Below, in pieces: positions 50,452-60,093 of a DNA stretch of 64,000 nucleotides. The notes under the pieces were generated by a model. That model did not search any database. It worked only from the letters and a program-made list of their open reading frames with translations, and had not been told where the DNA came from. Source of the stretch: an uncultured Chloroflexia bacterium (GTDB lineage: Bacteria > Chloroflexota > Limnocylindria > Limnocylindrales > CSP1-4); NCBI GenBank assembly GCA_963828165.1, contig CAWHDR010000001.1, positions 2,016,001 through 2,080,000 on the forward strand. Direction: 5' to 3'. Position numbers and translations under genes: made by a program. Positions within the stretch are counted from its first letter, which is position 1, and every line of letters begins with the position of its first letter.

Positions 50452-50837
50452 CGGACCAACGTCTCGAAGAGGTGCTCGAGCTCGGCCGCGGGATCGTCGG
50501 TCAGCCCCGTGTGGACATCCGACGGCTGGATGATCGTGCTGGCCGGCGACACGAGCCAGTGGAAGCGCTCGGCGATCGACAGGCGAGCGATCGGCCCGCC
50601 ATCCGGCTCGCCCCGCGCGACGCGTTCGATCGCCGCGAGATGAGGACGGACCGACACTGGATCGGTGTCGGGCGCCAGCGCCGCGAGACGGCGCTCGTCG
50701 AGCTCGGTGCGCGCGCCGATGTACGACTTCGATCGGCACAGCAGCACGACGCCGGCGTTGAGGCACTCCCCGCGCTCCACGCGCGGGACGACGCGGATGA
50801 TCGCGTACTGGTAGGGACTACGCGGCTCGTCGGGCAC
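50448..50837 (-). CDS. DUF3037 domain protein
   Basis: YQYAIIRVVPRVERGECLNAGV, ERFHWL, STIIQPS.VHTG, LFETLV. Confidence 0.88.
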   Translation of the reverse strand: MPDEPRSPYQYAIIRVVPRVERGECLNAGVVLLCRSKSYIGARTELDERRLAALAPDTDPVSVRPHLAAIERVARGEPDGGPIARLSIAERFHWLVSPASTIIQPSDVHTGLTDDPAAELEHLFETLVR

Positions 50838-51603
50838 GTTCGGCCTCCTCCACGAACGGACGTCGTCCGGCTAGCCGCCGTTCGAGATAGCGAACGTACG
50901 CGGCTCGCTGGCCGTCGGCGTCGCCGGCGGTCGGATCGTCGGGCAGCCACAGGTCGGGGATGGCGGCGGCCAGCCGCTGGAACAGGCCCCGGTCGAGCGT
51001 CTGCGCCAGGCGGGCGTCCGCTTCGTCGATCGGGCCCGCGAACGGCAGCAGCACATGATCGCGCGTGCGCTCGAACGGCCGCTCCGCGTGCGCGTCGGGG
51101 TCGCGCCAGGTGTGGTGGACGTAGAGGGCCGCCCCGTGGTCGATCAACCAGGTCCGGCCGTGCCAGATGAGCAGATTGGGATTGCCCGCGGTCCGGTCGG
51201 GGTTGGTGGTGAACGCATCGAGCCACACGATCGCCGCAGCGGCCTCGGGATCGACGACGGGTGAGGCCCCTGGGTTGAACGTCAGGGCGCCGGGCAGGAA
51301 GTCGATGCCCAGGTTCAGGCCGCCGCTGCGCCGGACGAGCTCCTGCAGCTCCTCGTCGGGCTCGGCGTCCCCGAGGCTGCCGTCCACGTCGATCGTGACG
51401 ATCTCGGGCACCGGAAGCCCGAGCGCCCGACCGATCTCGCCGGCAAGCCATTCGGCCACGAGCGCGCGCGGACCCTGCCCGGCGGCCCGGAATTTCACCA
51501 CGTACAGGCCATCGTCATCCGCCTCGACGAGCCCCGGCAGCGACCCGCCCTCGCGCAGGGGCGTGACATAGCGGGTGGCGGTCACGTGGCGCGGTTCGGG
51601 CAT
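50818..51603 (-). CDS. HipA-like (PI3/4-kinase fold) kinase
   Basis: PLREGGSLP P-loop, YVVKF, NPDRTAGNPNLL catalytic loop, LIDHG. Confidence 0.88.
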   Translation of the reverse strand: MPEPRHVTATRYVTPLREGGSLPGLVEADDDGLYVVKFRAAGQGPRALVAEWLAGEIGRALGLPVPEIVTIDVDGSLGDAEPDEELQELVRRSGGLNLGIDFLPGALTFNPGASPVVDPEAAAAIVWLDAFTTNPDRTAGNPNLLIWHGRTWLIDHGAALYVHHTWRDPDAHAERPFERTRDHVLLPFAGPIDEADARLAQTLDRGLFQRLAAAIPDLWLPDDPTAGDADGQRAAYVRYLERRLAGRRPFVEEAERARRAA

Positions 51604-51758
51604 CGCGCCGGAGTCTAGCGCCCCACGACGCGTGCAGGTTCGCAACGGTCTCCCGGGGCATTGTGAGGTCAGCGACTATGCTTGGTCGTACCCTTAGGGC
51701 CAACAGTCGTCGCTTCGAGCCTTGGCACTGGCCGAGCACCATCGACCAGGAGACCGCC

Positions 51759-52736
51759 ATGACCGCAACCGTCCGCCGGCTCGAGCCCGGCCAGGAATTC
51801 GATGCCGGCGAGGCGCTCGCCAACGATCAGGCGCTGCTGGTCGAGCTGGAGCCCGAGGCAGGCCGGCTGTACGACCGCCATGCCAAGGTCGCCCAGGAGT
51901 GGTTCCCCCACGATTACATCCCGTACCGGCTCGGGCGCGATTTCGACAAGGAGCCCTGGACGCCCGACCAGCCGCGGCTCACGGGCGTGGCCCAGACCGC
52001 GTTCGAGATCGGCCTGCTGACCGAGGACAACCTGCCCTCGTATCACCGGCTCATCCACGGGATGTTCGGCCGGGGCGATGGCGCCTGGATCAACTGGGTC
52101 GGGCGCTGGACGGCTGAGGAGGGACGCCACGCGATCGTCCTGCGTGACTACCTCACGGTCACCCGCAACATCGACCCGATCATGCTCGAGCGCGGTCGAA
52201 TGACCCAGCTTCAGCAAGGCTACGACCATGCCTCCCCGACGACCCTGCGCGGTCTCGCGTACGTTGCCTTCCAGGAGCTCGCGACGCGGATCGCCCATCG
52301 CAACACCGGGCGCTACTCGGACGATCCCGTGGCGGACAAGATCATGGTCCGGATCGCCGCGGACGAGAACCTGCACATGGTGTTCTACCGCGACATCCTC
52401 GCGGCCGCGCTGAAGCTGCAGCCCTCCGCGGCGGTCCGCGCCATCGTCGACGAGGTCCTGGCCTTCGAGATGCCGGGGGCCGGGATCCCAGGGTTCATCC
52501 GCAAGGCGGCGCAGATCGCGAAGGCCGGGATCTACGACCTGCGGGTCCATCACGACGAGGTCCTGATGCCGATCCTGCGCCACTGGCGCATCTTCGAGCT
52601 CGAAGGGCTCGACGCCGCCGCCGAGGATGCTCGCCGGCGACTAGCCGAGCACCTCGCGGCGCTCGATGCGGCCGCGACGCGGTTCGAGGAGAAGGTCGCC
52701 AACTCGAGCTTCCCGCGGATCGCCTCCACAGGCTAG
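51759..52736 (+). CDS. Acyl-ACP desaturase (soluble di-iron, DesA-like)
   Basis: LLTEDNLPSY, WTAEEGRH, FQELAT..H, AADENLH, FEMPG. Confidence 0.93.
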   Translation: MTATVRRLEPGQEFDAGEALANDQALLVELEPEAGRLYDRHAKVAQEWFPHDYIPYRLGRDFDKEPWTPDQPRLTGVAQTAFEIGLLTEDNLPSYHRLIHGMFGRGDGAWINWVGRWTAEEGRHAIVLRDYLTVTRNIDPIMLERGRMTQLQQGYDHASPTTLRGLAYVAFQELATRIAHRNTGRYSDDPVADKIMVRIAADENLHMVFYRDILAAALKLQPSAAVRAIVDEVLAFEMPGAGIPGFIRKAAQIAKAGIYDLRVHHDEVLMPILRHWRIFELEGLDAAAEDARRRLAEHLAALDAAATRFEEKVANSSFPRIASTG

Positions 52737-52758
52737 CTTCCCACCCGCGTACCGCGCC

Positions 52759-53262
52759 TCAGAGCTCGGTCTGGAGCACCTGCCAGACGGCCCCGATGGC
52801 CGTCACGATGAGCCACAGGACGCCGACCACGAGCAGCGCCAAGCCGACGAAGAATGCCCCCTCGCCCCGGGTCGAGGCCTCCGGCTCGAGCGCATGGCGG
52901 CGGAACAGTGCCAGGTTGCGGGAATTGGAGCGGAACGCGAAGTCGTACAGGTCGCCCAGGAAGGGGATCGCGCCGATCGCCAGGTCGACGAGCAGGTTCA
53001 CGACCATCCTGGCGAGGACGATCCGGGGGATGCCGAAGCGCGCCGCCTCGGCGATGACCCACGCCCCGACGATCCCCGAGATGACGTCGCCGACCACCGG
53101 GACGAGACCGACGATCGGATCGAGTCCGACCCTGACGGAAGTTCCCGGGATCCCGACGAGCTCGTCGAGGGCGTGCGTGACCCGTTCGATCCGCCGCTCG
53201 GCCGCGTGGAAACGATCGCGGCGGCTGGCACCGATGACCTCGCCGTTGATCGAACCCTGCAT
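52759..53262 (-). CDS. DUF4112 domain membrane protein
   Basis: GLDPIVGLVPVVGD, GAIPFLGDLYD, SNSRN. Confidence 0.88.
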   Translation of the reverse strand: MQGSINGEVIGASRRDRFHAAERRIERVTHALDELVGIPGTSVRVGLDPIVGLVPVVGDVISGIVGAWVIAEAARFGIPRIVLARMVVNLLVDLAIGAIPFLGDLYDFAFRSNSRNLALFRRHALEPEASTRGEGAFFVGLALLVVGVLWLIVTAIGAVWQVLQTEL

Positions 53263-53580
53263 CGTTCGAGTGTACGGCGCGAGGCAGTGCGCCCGAGTCC
53301 GGCATGGACGGATGTCCATGTCGACTTCATGACGGACGCCGAGTGGTATCGAGCATCACCGCGCCTACGTTGTCTCCAGCACGAAACGGACCGCCGGACA
53401 ACGAGACGTTCGACCGGCGGCGCGTCGACCCTCCGGCGGGATGCCGGGCGGCGGCGGAGCCGGCAATCCTGACCGGACGGTGGTCCGACACTGCTGACAA
53501 CTGAAGAACAATCGAATCGCCGCTGACCGCTCGGATGTTTGGGGACGTCGAGCGGTCAAGCGGTGTTCTTGGCTTGGCAT

Positions 53581-53601
53581 ACATGACGGAAGTTGGCAGG
53601 T
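53581..53601 (+). promoter_or_regulatory. Degenerate WYL-regulator operator
   Basis: ACATGACGGAAGTTGGCAGGT is 16/21 identical to the palindrome at 54789; CAGACT -10 at 53610. Confidence 0.55.
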
Positions 53602-53621
53602 TCGAAGTCCAGACTCCAGGC

Positions 53622-53807
53622 ATGGACCTGATCGAACTGACCCGCACCATCCAGGCACAGAAAGAGCGAGACATCGAAGCGGCAAGCCGCCACCTCCGAC
53701 TGCTGCCGCCCAACGCGTCGGCGGGGCGTCAGGGATGGCGCCAGCGCTGGTTCGGCTCCGGCAGGACGGCTCAGCGTCCGGTCTCGAGCGGGACCGCGTC
53801 GCGGTAG
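53622..53807 (+). CDS. Small hypothetical protein (61 aa), putative WYL target
   Basis: MDLIELTRTIQAQKERDIEAASRH...; leaderless-type promoter plus operator upstream; 3' end overlaps the WYL gene. Confidence 0.55.
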   Translation: MDLIELTRTIQAQKERDIEAASRHLRLLPPNASAGRQGWRQRWFGSGRTAQRPVSSGTASR

Positions 53808-54769
53808 CGCTCGACGATCCGATTCGCGGTCGCCAGCACCCGATCCCGGATCTCGGGTGGGTGCAGGACCTGGAGGCCTGACCCGATCGACAGGAGCTTG
53901 CCCGGGACCTCCTCGGGCCAGCTGAGGGTCAGCCGCAGGCGCGTCCAGCCGTCGGGATCGAGCTCGTCCAGTCGCGCCGCTGTCTCGAGCGTTTCCCGTC
54001 CGAAGACGTCCGCGATCCGCCATTCCCGGTCCGAGGGAACGCGGACCGTGACCTCGACCGTCGGGACGTCTCGCTCGTAGGCGGCGCTGGATTCCTGCCA
54101 GTACGCTGCGAGATCGAAGCCGGGCGGGCGTTCGACCCGATCGTCGAGCAGGGTCGCCTCCAGCACGCGCGAGGCGCGATAGGTCCGGATCTGCCCGTCC
54201 GTGATCCCGATCACGTACCACATGCCCCCTTTCAGCACGAGCCCCAGCGGACCGACCGTGCGCTCGACCGGATCGCGTGGGCCGCTGCCGCGTTCGTAGC
54301 TGATCCGGACGGCGCGGCCATCCCAGACTGCCGCCGAGAGCGTCGCGAGGTGGGGCACGGTGTCGTCGGCGTGGAACCACGAGGCGGCGTCGAGGTGGAA
54401 TCGCTCCACGATGCGCGACGCTCGCGACCGCAGCTCCGGTGGCAGCGCGGCCATGACCTTGAGCTGGGCCGCCGCCACGACCGTGCCGAGACCCAATTGC
54501 GCGGCGGGGCCGGGGAGGCCGGCCAGGAACAGGGCCTCGGCCTCGTCCGCGGTCATCCCGGTCAGCCGGGTGCGGTACCCGTCGACGAGCCGGATGCCAC
54601 CGAGCGGGCCGCGCTCCGCGAAGATCGGCACGCCGGCCGCGCTCAGCTCCTCGACATCGCGATGGACGGTTCGGACGGACACCTCGAGCTCGCGCGAGAG
54701 CTCCGCCGCGGTCATGCCGCCACGGCTCTGAAGCAGCAGGAGCAAGTTCACGAGACGGGACGCGCGCAC
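53771..54769 (-). CDS. YafY-type HTH-WYL-WCX transcriptional regulator
   Basis: MRASRL..LLLLLQ, ELEVSVRTVHRD, PLGLVLKGGMWYV, RTYRASRV. Confidence 0.95.
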   Translation of the reverse strand: MRASRLVNLLLLLQSRGGMTAAELSRELEVSVRTVHRDVEELSAAGVPIFAERGPLGGIRLVDGYRTRLTGMTADEAEALFLAGLPGPAAQLGLGTVVAAAQLKVMAALPPELRSRASRIVERFHLDAASWFHADDTVPHLATLSAAVWDGRAVRISYERGSGPRDPVERTVGPLGLVLKGGMWYVIGITDGQIRTYRASRVLEATLLDDRVERPPGFDLAAYWQESSAAYERDVPTVEVTVRVPSDREWRIADVFGRETLETAARLDELDPDGWTRLRLTLSWPEEVPGKLLSIGSGLQVLHPPEIRDRVLATANRIVERYRDAVPLETGR

Positions 54770-54788
54770 GGACGAAGTGTAGCGGCGG

Positions 54789-54809
54789 ACATGACAGGAC
54801 TTGTCATGT
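54789..54809. promoter_or_regulatory. Palindromic operator upstream of the WYL gene
   Basis: ACATGACA-GGACT-TGTCATGT with perfect 8-bp arms, next to the minus-strand -10 TACACT (54776-54781). Confidence 0.75.
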
Positions 54810-54824
54810 ACCGATGGTGGTCAC

Positions 54825-55694
54825 CTACGTGCGGGGCTGACCCTCGGTGCCGCCTTCGCGCAGGAAGCGCTCGATCTCTCCGATCAGGTCATCGCCGGAT
54901 GGGAGCCGCTGGTCGTCGACCAGGCCCTCGAGGCGCTGGACGTAGTCCCTGGTGGTCTCCTCGAGGGCGGTCGCGGTGTCCAGGCGGTTGCGAAGCTGTT
55001 CCGCCTCTTCGGCGAGGTCGCCCGCGGGAAGTACCACGTCGAGATGGCGCCCGAGGGCCATGAGCAGCTCGACCGACGCAGCGGGATACGGTCCCGAGAC
55101 GTAATGGGGGACCTGCGCGAAATAGCCGACGGCGGGGATGCCGCCCTCGGCCATGGCCATCTCGAGCACGCTCACCGTCGCCGCCGGCACCCGCAGGAGA
55201 CCGGCCGGTCCCGGTCGCACGTCGCCGCGTAGCCGACCGGCTTCCGACGTGGTCCCAAGGATCGGCACGGAACGGGTATGCGGCACGGCCGCCGGGATCG
55301 CTCCCAGGCTGATCCACTCCACGACGCCCAGGCGATGCGCGATCTCGACGACCGCGTCGCGGAACGCCTGCCACCGGTCGTCGGGTTCCGGACCAGCGAG
55401 GACGAGCAGGTCCCGCTCCGAGACCCGGACTCGCCGGATCGCGAGCTCGGGCCACGTCAGCTCGTCCAGCCGGCCGTCCACGATGTGCAGCGTCGGCCGG
55501 CGGGCACGGTAATCGAACAGCGCATCGGCATCGAAGGTGACGACGACCGGGGCGTCCTCGACGAGGTGGTCGAGGGCGGTCGTGGCGGCGCTGCCGGCAT
55601 CGACCCAGCCATCGAAGGCGCCCACCATGGTGGGCGCGATGAGGTCGCCCGGGTCGCCCGGGGCACCGGGCTTGGCCAGCTCGTACAGGCTCAC
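54825..55694 (-). CDS. PAC2 (proteasome assembly chaperone) family protein
   Basis: FDGWVDAG, FDYRARRP, GPEPD..W, VPHTR, AQVPHY. Confidence 0.9.
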   Translation of the reverse strand: MSLYELAKPGAPGDPGDLIAPTMVGAFDGWVDAGSAATTALDHLVEDAPVVVTFDADALFDYRARRPTLHIVDGRLDELTWPELAIRRVRVSERDLLVLAGPEPDDRWQAFRDAVVEIAHRLGVVEWISLGAIPAAVPHTRSVPILGTTSEAGRLRGDVRPGPAGLLRVPAATVSVLEMAMAEGGIPAVGYFAQVPHYVSGPYPAASVELLMALGRHLDVVLPAGDLAEEAEQLRNRLDTATALEETTRDYVQRLEGLVDDQRLPSGDDLIGEIERFLREGGTEGQPRT

Positions 55695-55959
55695 CGCGAC
55701 AGGATACGCGCGGCCACGTTCGGTGCCTCGGCGCCGGAGGTCATCGCCAGGCCCAACGCGTCGCGGGTGGAAAATGCTCGCAGGGGCGGAAACCGTTGCA
55801 CGGCCGTATTCGAGTACGCTCCTCGTGGCAACACCGGTGATTCAGGAATCGACATCGTCTTTGGATCGAAGCTGGGTTGCAGTGACCCATGCGTCTTTGG
55901 CAGATTCCCTGCCGGCCCACCCGGGCATACCCACGCAATTCGCATCGAGGAGGGACACC

Positions 55960-57132
55960 TTGCGGAGGAGTTTCGCGCGGTCGACTCGAGTCACGGCTGC
56001 GCTCGTCATCTCGACCCTGGTCCTGTGGACGTTCGCCCCGGCGGTCTCCGCGGACGACGGCCTGGAGGTCACGACGCCCTTCCCCGCGGTCGCGGTCGCG
56101 CCGGGCACGAAAGTCAGCTTCGATCTGACGGTGGACTCCACGCGCGCGGCCAACGTCTCCCTCGCCTTGAGCGGCGTCCCGGAGGGCTGGACCGCCAGCC
56201 TGCTCGGTGGCGGGTTCGTGGTCGACGCGGTGGCCGTCACCTCGGGCACGGCCTCGGAGGTCCGGCTCGATGTCGACGTCCCCGCGGACGCGGCGGCCGG
56301 CACCTCGACGCTGCGACTCACGGCGCGCGGCGGCGGAGCCCAGGACGTCCTGCAGATCTCCGTCCGAGTCGACGCCGAGGCGGCCGGCGACATCACTTTG
56401 ACGACGTCCACGCCGACCCTCACGGGGGCATCGGACGCCGACTTCACGTTCGACCTGCAGCTCCAGAACGACACGGCCCAGGACGTGACGGTGTCGGTCT
56501 CGGCGAGCGGGCCGGAGGGCTGGGACGTCGAGGCCACGCTGACCGGCGAGACGCAGGCCGCCTCCACGATCGTAGAGGCGGGGGCCTCCCAGAACATCGG
56601 GGTGACCGCCAGCGCCCCCGATGATGTCCCGGCGGGCACCTATCCGATCACGGTCGAGGCGCGGGCCGGCGAACGGACGATCCCGGCCGAACTCGGCATC
56701 GAGGTCACGGGCTCGTATTCCATGGAGCTCGCCACGCCCAACGACGTGCTGTCGGCAAGCGGATCGGCCGGGTCGCCCACGACCCAGGCATTCGAGATCA
56801 CGAATACCGGCACTGCCCCGCTCACGGAGGTGACCCTGACGGCGACCCCGCCGACGAACTGGGAGGTCACGACCGACCCACCCACGGTCGCGTCGATCGA
56901 GCCAGGCGCCACGCAGACGATCACGGCGACCATCACGCCGTCCGGCGAAGCGGTCGCCGGCGACTACGTCATCACCTTCGATGCCGCCGCGGCAGAGGAG
57001 GGCGCCGAGGGTAGCAGCCAGGTCCGCTTCACCGTCGAGACGTCGCCGCTCTGGGCCCTCGTCGGCCTTGGCCTCATCGCTCTGATCGTCGCGGGCCTCT
57101 TCTACGTCTTCCGGACCTACGGGCGCCGATGA
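55960..57132 (+). CDS. NEW3/COG1470-like Ig-repeat surface protein with C-terminal TM
   Basis: Signal peptide, repeated PEGW/AGTY beta-sandwich units, NTGTAPL, terminal VFRTYGRR; GAGGAGG RBS. Confidence 0.85.
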   Translation: MRRSFARSTRVTAALVISTLVLWTFAPAVSADDGLEVTTPFPAVAVAPGTKVSFDLTVDSTRAANVSLALSGVPEGWTASLLGGGFVVDAVAVTSGTASEVRLDVDVPADAAAGTSTLRLTARGGGAQDVLQISVRVDAEAAGDITLTTSTPTLTGASDADFTFDLQLQNDTAQDVTVSVSASGPEGWDVEATLTGETQAASTIVEAGASQNIGVTASAPDDVPAGTYPITVEARAGERTIPAELGIEVTGSYSMELATPNDVLSASGSAGSPTTQAFEITNTGTAPLTEVTLTATPPTNWEVTTDPPTVASIEPGATQTITATITPSGEAVAGDYVITFDAAAAEEGAEGSSQVRFTVETSPLWALVGLGLIALIVAGLFYVFRTYGRR

Positions 57133-58397
57133 GCGCCAGCCCCGGGCGGATCGCGCCCAAGAAACGGCCGGGCCGCCGACTCGCGGCCGCACCGACGGCT
57201 CCGTCGGGCGGCGTCAGCGGGATCGACGCTCCATCCGACAGCATCCGTATCCGCACGCGCGGGCTTACCAAGCGCTACGACGAACTCGTGGCGGTCGATC
57301 ACCTCGACCTCGACATCCACGCGGGAGAGATCTTCGGGCTGCTGGGCCAGAACGGGGCCGGCAAGACCACGACGATCCTCATGCTGCTCGGTCTGACCGA
57401 GCCCACCTCTGGCGCTGCGCGAGTGGTCGGGCTTGATCCGTCGCGCGGCCCGCTCCAGGTCAAACGGCGGGTGGGCTACATGCCGGACAGCGTCGGCTTT
57501 TACGGCGACCTCACGGGTCGCGAGAACCTGCGCTACACGGCCCGGTTGAATCGCGTACCAGCCGACCTGACGGAGACGACCATCGATGAAGTCCTCGAAC
57601 AGGTGGGGCTGACGGGTCGCGCCGACGACAAGACCGACACGTACTCGCGGGGCATGCTGCAGCGCCTCGGTATCGCGGACGCGCTCGTGAAGGATCCGGA
57701 CGTGCTCATCCTCGATGAGCCCACGACCGCGATCGACCCGCTGGGCGTCACCGAGGTCCTGGAACTCCTGCGACGGCTCGTGCGCGAACGGGGGATGGCC
57801 GTCCTGCTTTCGAGCCACCTGCTCAATCAGGTCCAGAGTGTGTGCGACCGGATCGGGATCTTCGCGGCCGGGAAGCTGATCGGGCAGGGGACCATGGAGC
57901 AGCTCGCGGCCCGCTTCGGCGATGGTCGGCGCGAGGTCGAAGTCGGGCTGGACCTGCCGGAAGGTGCGGACGACAGCCACGCACGCGAGGTCCTGCGGAA
58001 CGTCCCGGGCGTCGAATCCCTTGACGATGGGCCGCGTCCCGGCGACCCCTGGACGCTGACCGTGGCACCTGGCAGCGATCCTGCCGCAGTGCGATCGGCG
58101 GTGCTCGCAGTGGTGGCCGCCGAGGGCCTTCCCCTCGCATCGATCCGCGCGGTCCTCCCGTCGCTCGAGGACGTCTACCGGCGGGCCGTGGCCCGCCCGG
58201 CAACGGCCGGCGCGGCTCGGCCGCGCCCGTCGAACGAGGACGCGCCTGCTGTCGAGGACGCGCCTGCTGCGGATGCGCGCGCGGACCGGCACCGCGTGCC
58301 CGCCGGTGCGCCTCCACCCGTCCGCGTCGTGGCGCCCGACCCGGTCGAGCCGGTCACGCTCCCATCCGATCCGCCCACCCCGGAGGAGAAGCCATGA
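57129..58397 (+). CDS. ABC transporter ATPase
   Basis: GQNGAGKT, YSRGMLQR, DEPT. Confidence 0.93.
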   Translation: MSASPGRIAPKKRPGRRLAAAPTAPSGGVSGIDAPSDSIRIRTRGLTKRYDELVAVDHLDLDIHAGEIFGLLGQNGAGKTTTILMLLGLTEPTSGAARVVGLDPSRGPLQVKRRVGYMPDSVGFYGDLTGRENLRYTARLNRVPADLTETTIDEVLEQVGLTGRADDKTDTYSRGMLQRLGIADALVKDPDVLILDEPTTAIDPLGVTEVLELLRRLVRERGMAVLLSSHLLNQVQSVCDRIGIFAAGKLIGQGTMEQLAARFGDGRREVEVGLDLPEGADDSHAREVLRNVPGVESLDDGPRPGDPWTLTVAPGSDPAAVRSAVLAVVAAEGLPLASIRAVLPSLEDVYRRAVARPATAGAARPRPSNEDAPAVEDAPAADARADRHRVPAGAPPPVRVVAPDPVEPVTLPSDPPTPEEKP

Positions 58398-59395
58398 CGG
58401 CGGTGACCGCCCCGCGCACGAGGTCGGTCCCGGGATCGGGCTGGACCGTCGTGGCGGCAAAGGAGTTCGGCGACCACCTGCTGTCGGCGCGGTTCTTCGT
58501 GCTCGTCATCGTGCTCGGGCTGGCCGCCGCCATCCCCCTGTATTTCGCGGCGGCCGCGATCCGGGAGGTGGCGTCGGGCGTCACCGACTCCCAGGCCATC
58601 TTCATCGCGCTGTTCTGGTACGCCCCGGACGTCGGCGGCCAAGTCACCCTGCCGGCAGTGACGGGCTTTGTGGCCTATGTCGCGCCGCTGCTCGGCCTGG
58701 CCTTCGCCTTTGACTCGATCAACGGGGAGCGCGCCCAGGGCACGCTGCCGCGGCTCCTCTCGCAGCCGATCCACCGCGACGATGTCGTGAACGGCAAGTT
58801 CCTGGCCGGGCTCGCGGTGATCGGGCTGGTCCTCGTCACGGTCGTCGGCACGATCGCCGCATTCGGGATCATCCGGCTTGGCATCGTGCCGCAGCCGGCC
58901 GAGCTCCTGCGGATCGTGCTCTGGCTGCTGCTGACCTTCGTCTACGTCTCGCTGTGGCTCGCGTTCGGCATGCTCCTGTCGGTCGCAGTTCGCCGAGCCG
59001 CGACGTCAGCGCTCATCGGCTTTGGCGTGTGGGTTCTCCTGACGATTTTCGGCCGACCCATCGTCTCGCTCCTCGGCGGCGTCTTCGCCCCCAGAGGTGC
59101 CACTGCGGAGGAATTCCTCCAGAACAGTGGTATCAGGGAGACACTCTTCCGGCTGCTCCCCGACACCCTCTACCGCGAGGCGTCGCTGACCCTGCTGAAC
59201 CCGCAGGTCACGTCGGTGTCCACGCCGGCCACGATCGGCAGCTACGAGCAGGCGCAGCAGCGCATCCCGTCGCTGCTCTCGCTCGACCAGAGCTTCATCC
59301 TCGTGTGGCCGCAGGTCGTGGGCCTCGTGGCGATGATGGTCGCCTGCTTCGCCCTGGCCTACGTGCTGTTCATGCGCCAGGAGGTCCGGGCCTAG
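58394..59395 (+). CDS. ABC-2 type permease
   Basis: FDSINGERAQGTLPRLLSQPIHRDDVVNGKF, FMRQEVR. Confidence 0.9.
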   Translation: MTAVTAPRTRSVPGSGWTVVAAKEFGDHLLSARFFVLVIVLGLAAAIPLYFAAAAIREVASGVTDSQAIFIALFWYAPDVGGQVTLPAVTGFVAYVAPLLGLAFAFDSINGERAQGTLPRLLSQPIHRDDVVNGKFLAGLAVIGLVLVTVVGTIAAFGIIRLGIVPQPAELLRIVLWLLLTFVYVSLWLAFGMLLSVAVRRAATSALIGFGVWVLLTIFGRPIVSLLGGVFAPRGATAEEFLQNSGIRETLFRLLPDTLYREASLTLLNPQVTSVSTPATIGSYEQAQQRIPSLLSLDQSFILVWPQVVGLVAMMVACFALAYVLFMRQEVRA

Positions 59396-59398
59396 CCC

Positions 59399-60004
59399 CT
59401 AGGCCAGCGCCCCGCCCGGCAGCCCGAGCTCCCGCTCGGCCGCGTCCGTCGCCCAGGCCACGACCTCGCCGCGGCTGATCGTGGTCGCGTGGGCCACGAC
59501 CTGGAGCGCGAGGCCGTCCAGCAAGCGACAGGATCCGCCACGCCGCGCTCGCCGGGTCCGGGCAGGTGAACGCCCCGGCCGCCACGCCCCGCCCGATCGT
59601 CCGCTTCCAGCAGGCCCTGCCACTCCAGGTTGAGCCGGCGTGAGGTCGCCTGGACGGCCGGCCGGCGCGCCGCCTCGGCCCACGCGTCGAGCCACAGCTG
59701 GAACGCCCAATCCTTATCGGCCGGCGTGTAGGTCCGGAAGAACACCCGCAGCGCCTCGACTGGCGACGACGCCTCGGCCATGGCGGCCGCCGGACAGCGC
59801 CAGGTCGTGTGCCGCCACCCGCTCGAAGGCGGCCGCGAGCACCTCATCCATCGAATCGAAGTAGTGGTGGATGAGGCCGGACGACGTCCCCATCTCGGCG
59901 GCCACGTCGCGCACCGTCGTGGAGGCCAGGCCCTTGCGCACCGCGACGTCCAGGGCGGCCGCGACGATCGCCTCGCGTCGCTGGTCTGGCGTCATCCGCT
60001 TCAT
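59399..60004 (-). CDS. TetR (BetI-like) regulator with three +1 frameshifts (probable sequencing errors)
   Basis: HTH TVRDVAAEMGTSSGLIHHYF. The protein continues across four ORF segments, with breaks near 59792, 59605 and 59523, and ends LDGLALQ...ERELG. Confidence 0.85.
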
Positions 60005-60024
60005 GGGCGCGCAGCGTAGAACGA

Positions 60025-60044
60025 TATTGCGCAGACGTCCAATA
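60025..60044. promoter_or_regulatory. Probable TetR operator
   Basis: TATTG-CGCAGACGTC-CAATA inverted repeat between divergent tetR and the gcvT-like gene. Confidence 0.55.
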
Positions 60045-60093
60045 ACGGATATCGTGCCCGGACCACCCGCACGACACGAGGGCCCGTCACGGC

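Noticed and set aside
53771-55694. Pup-proteasome / pafBC locus suggested by PAC2 next to WYL
   Set aside because: Single YafY-type WYL gene, with no pup, pafA, dop or prcAB in the window.
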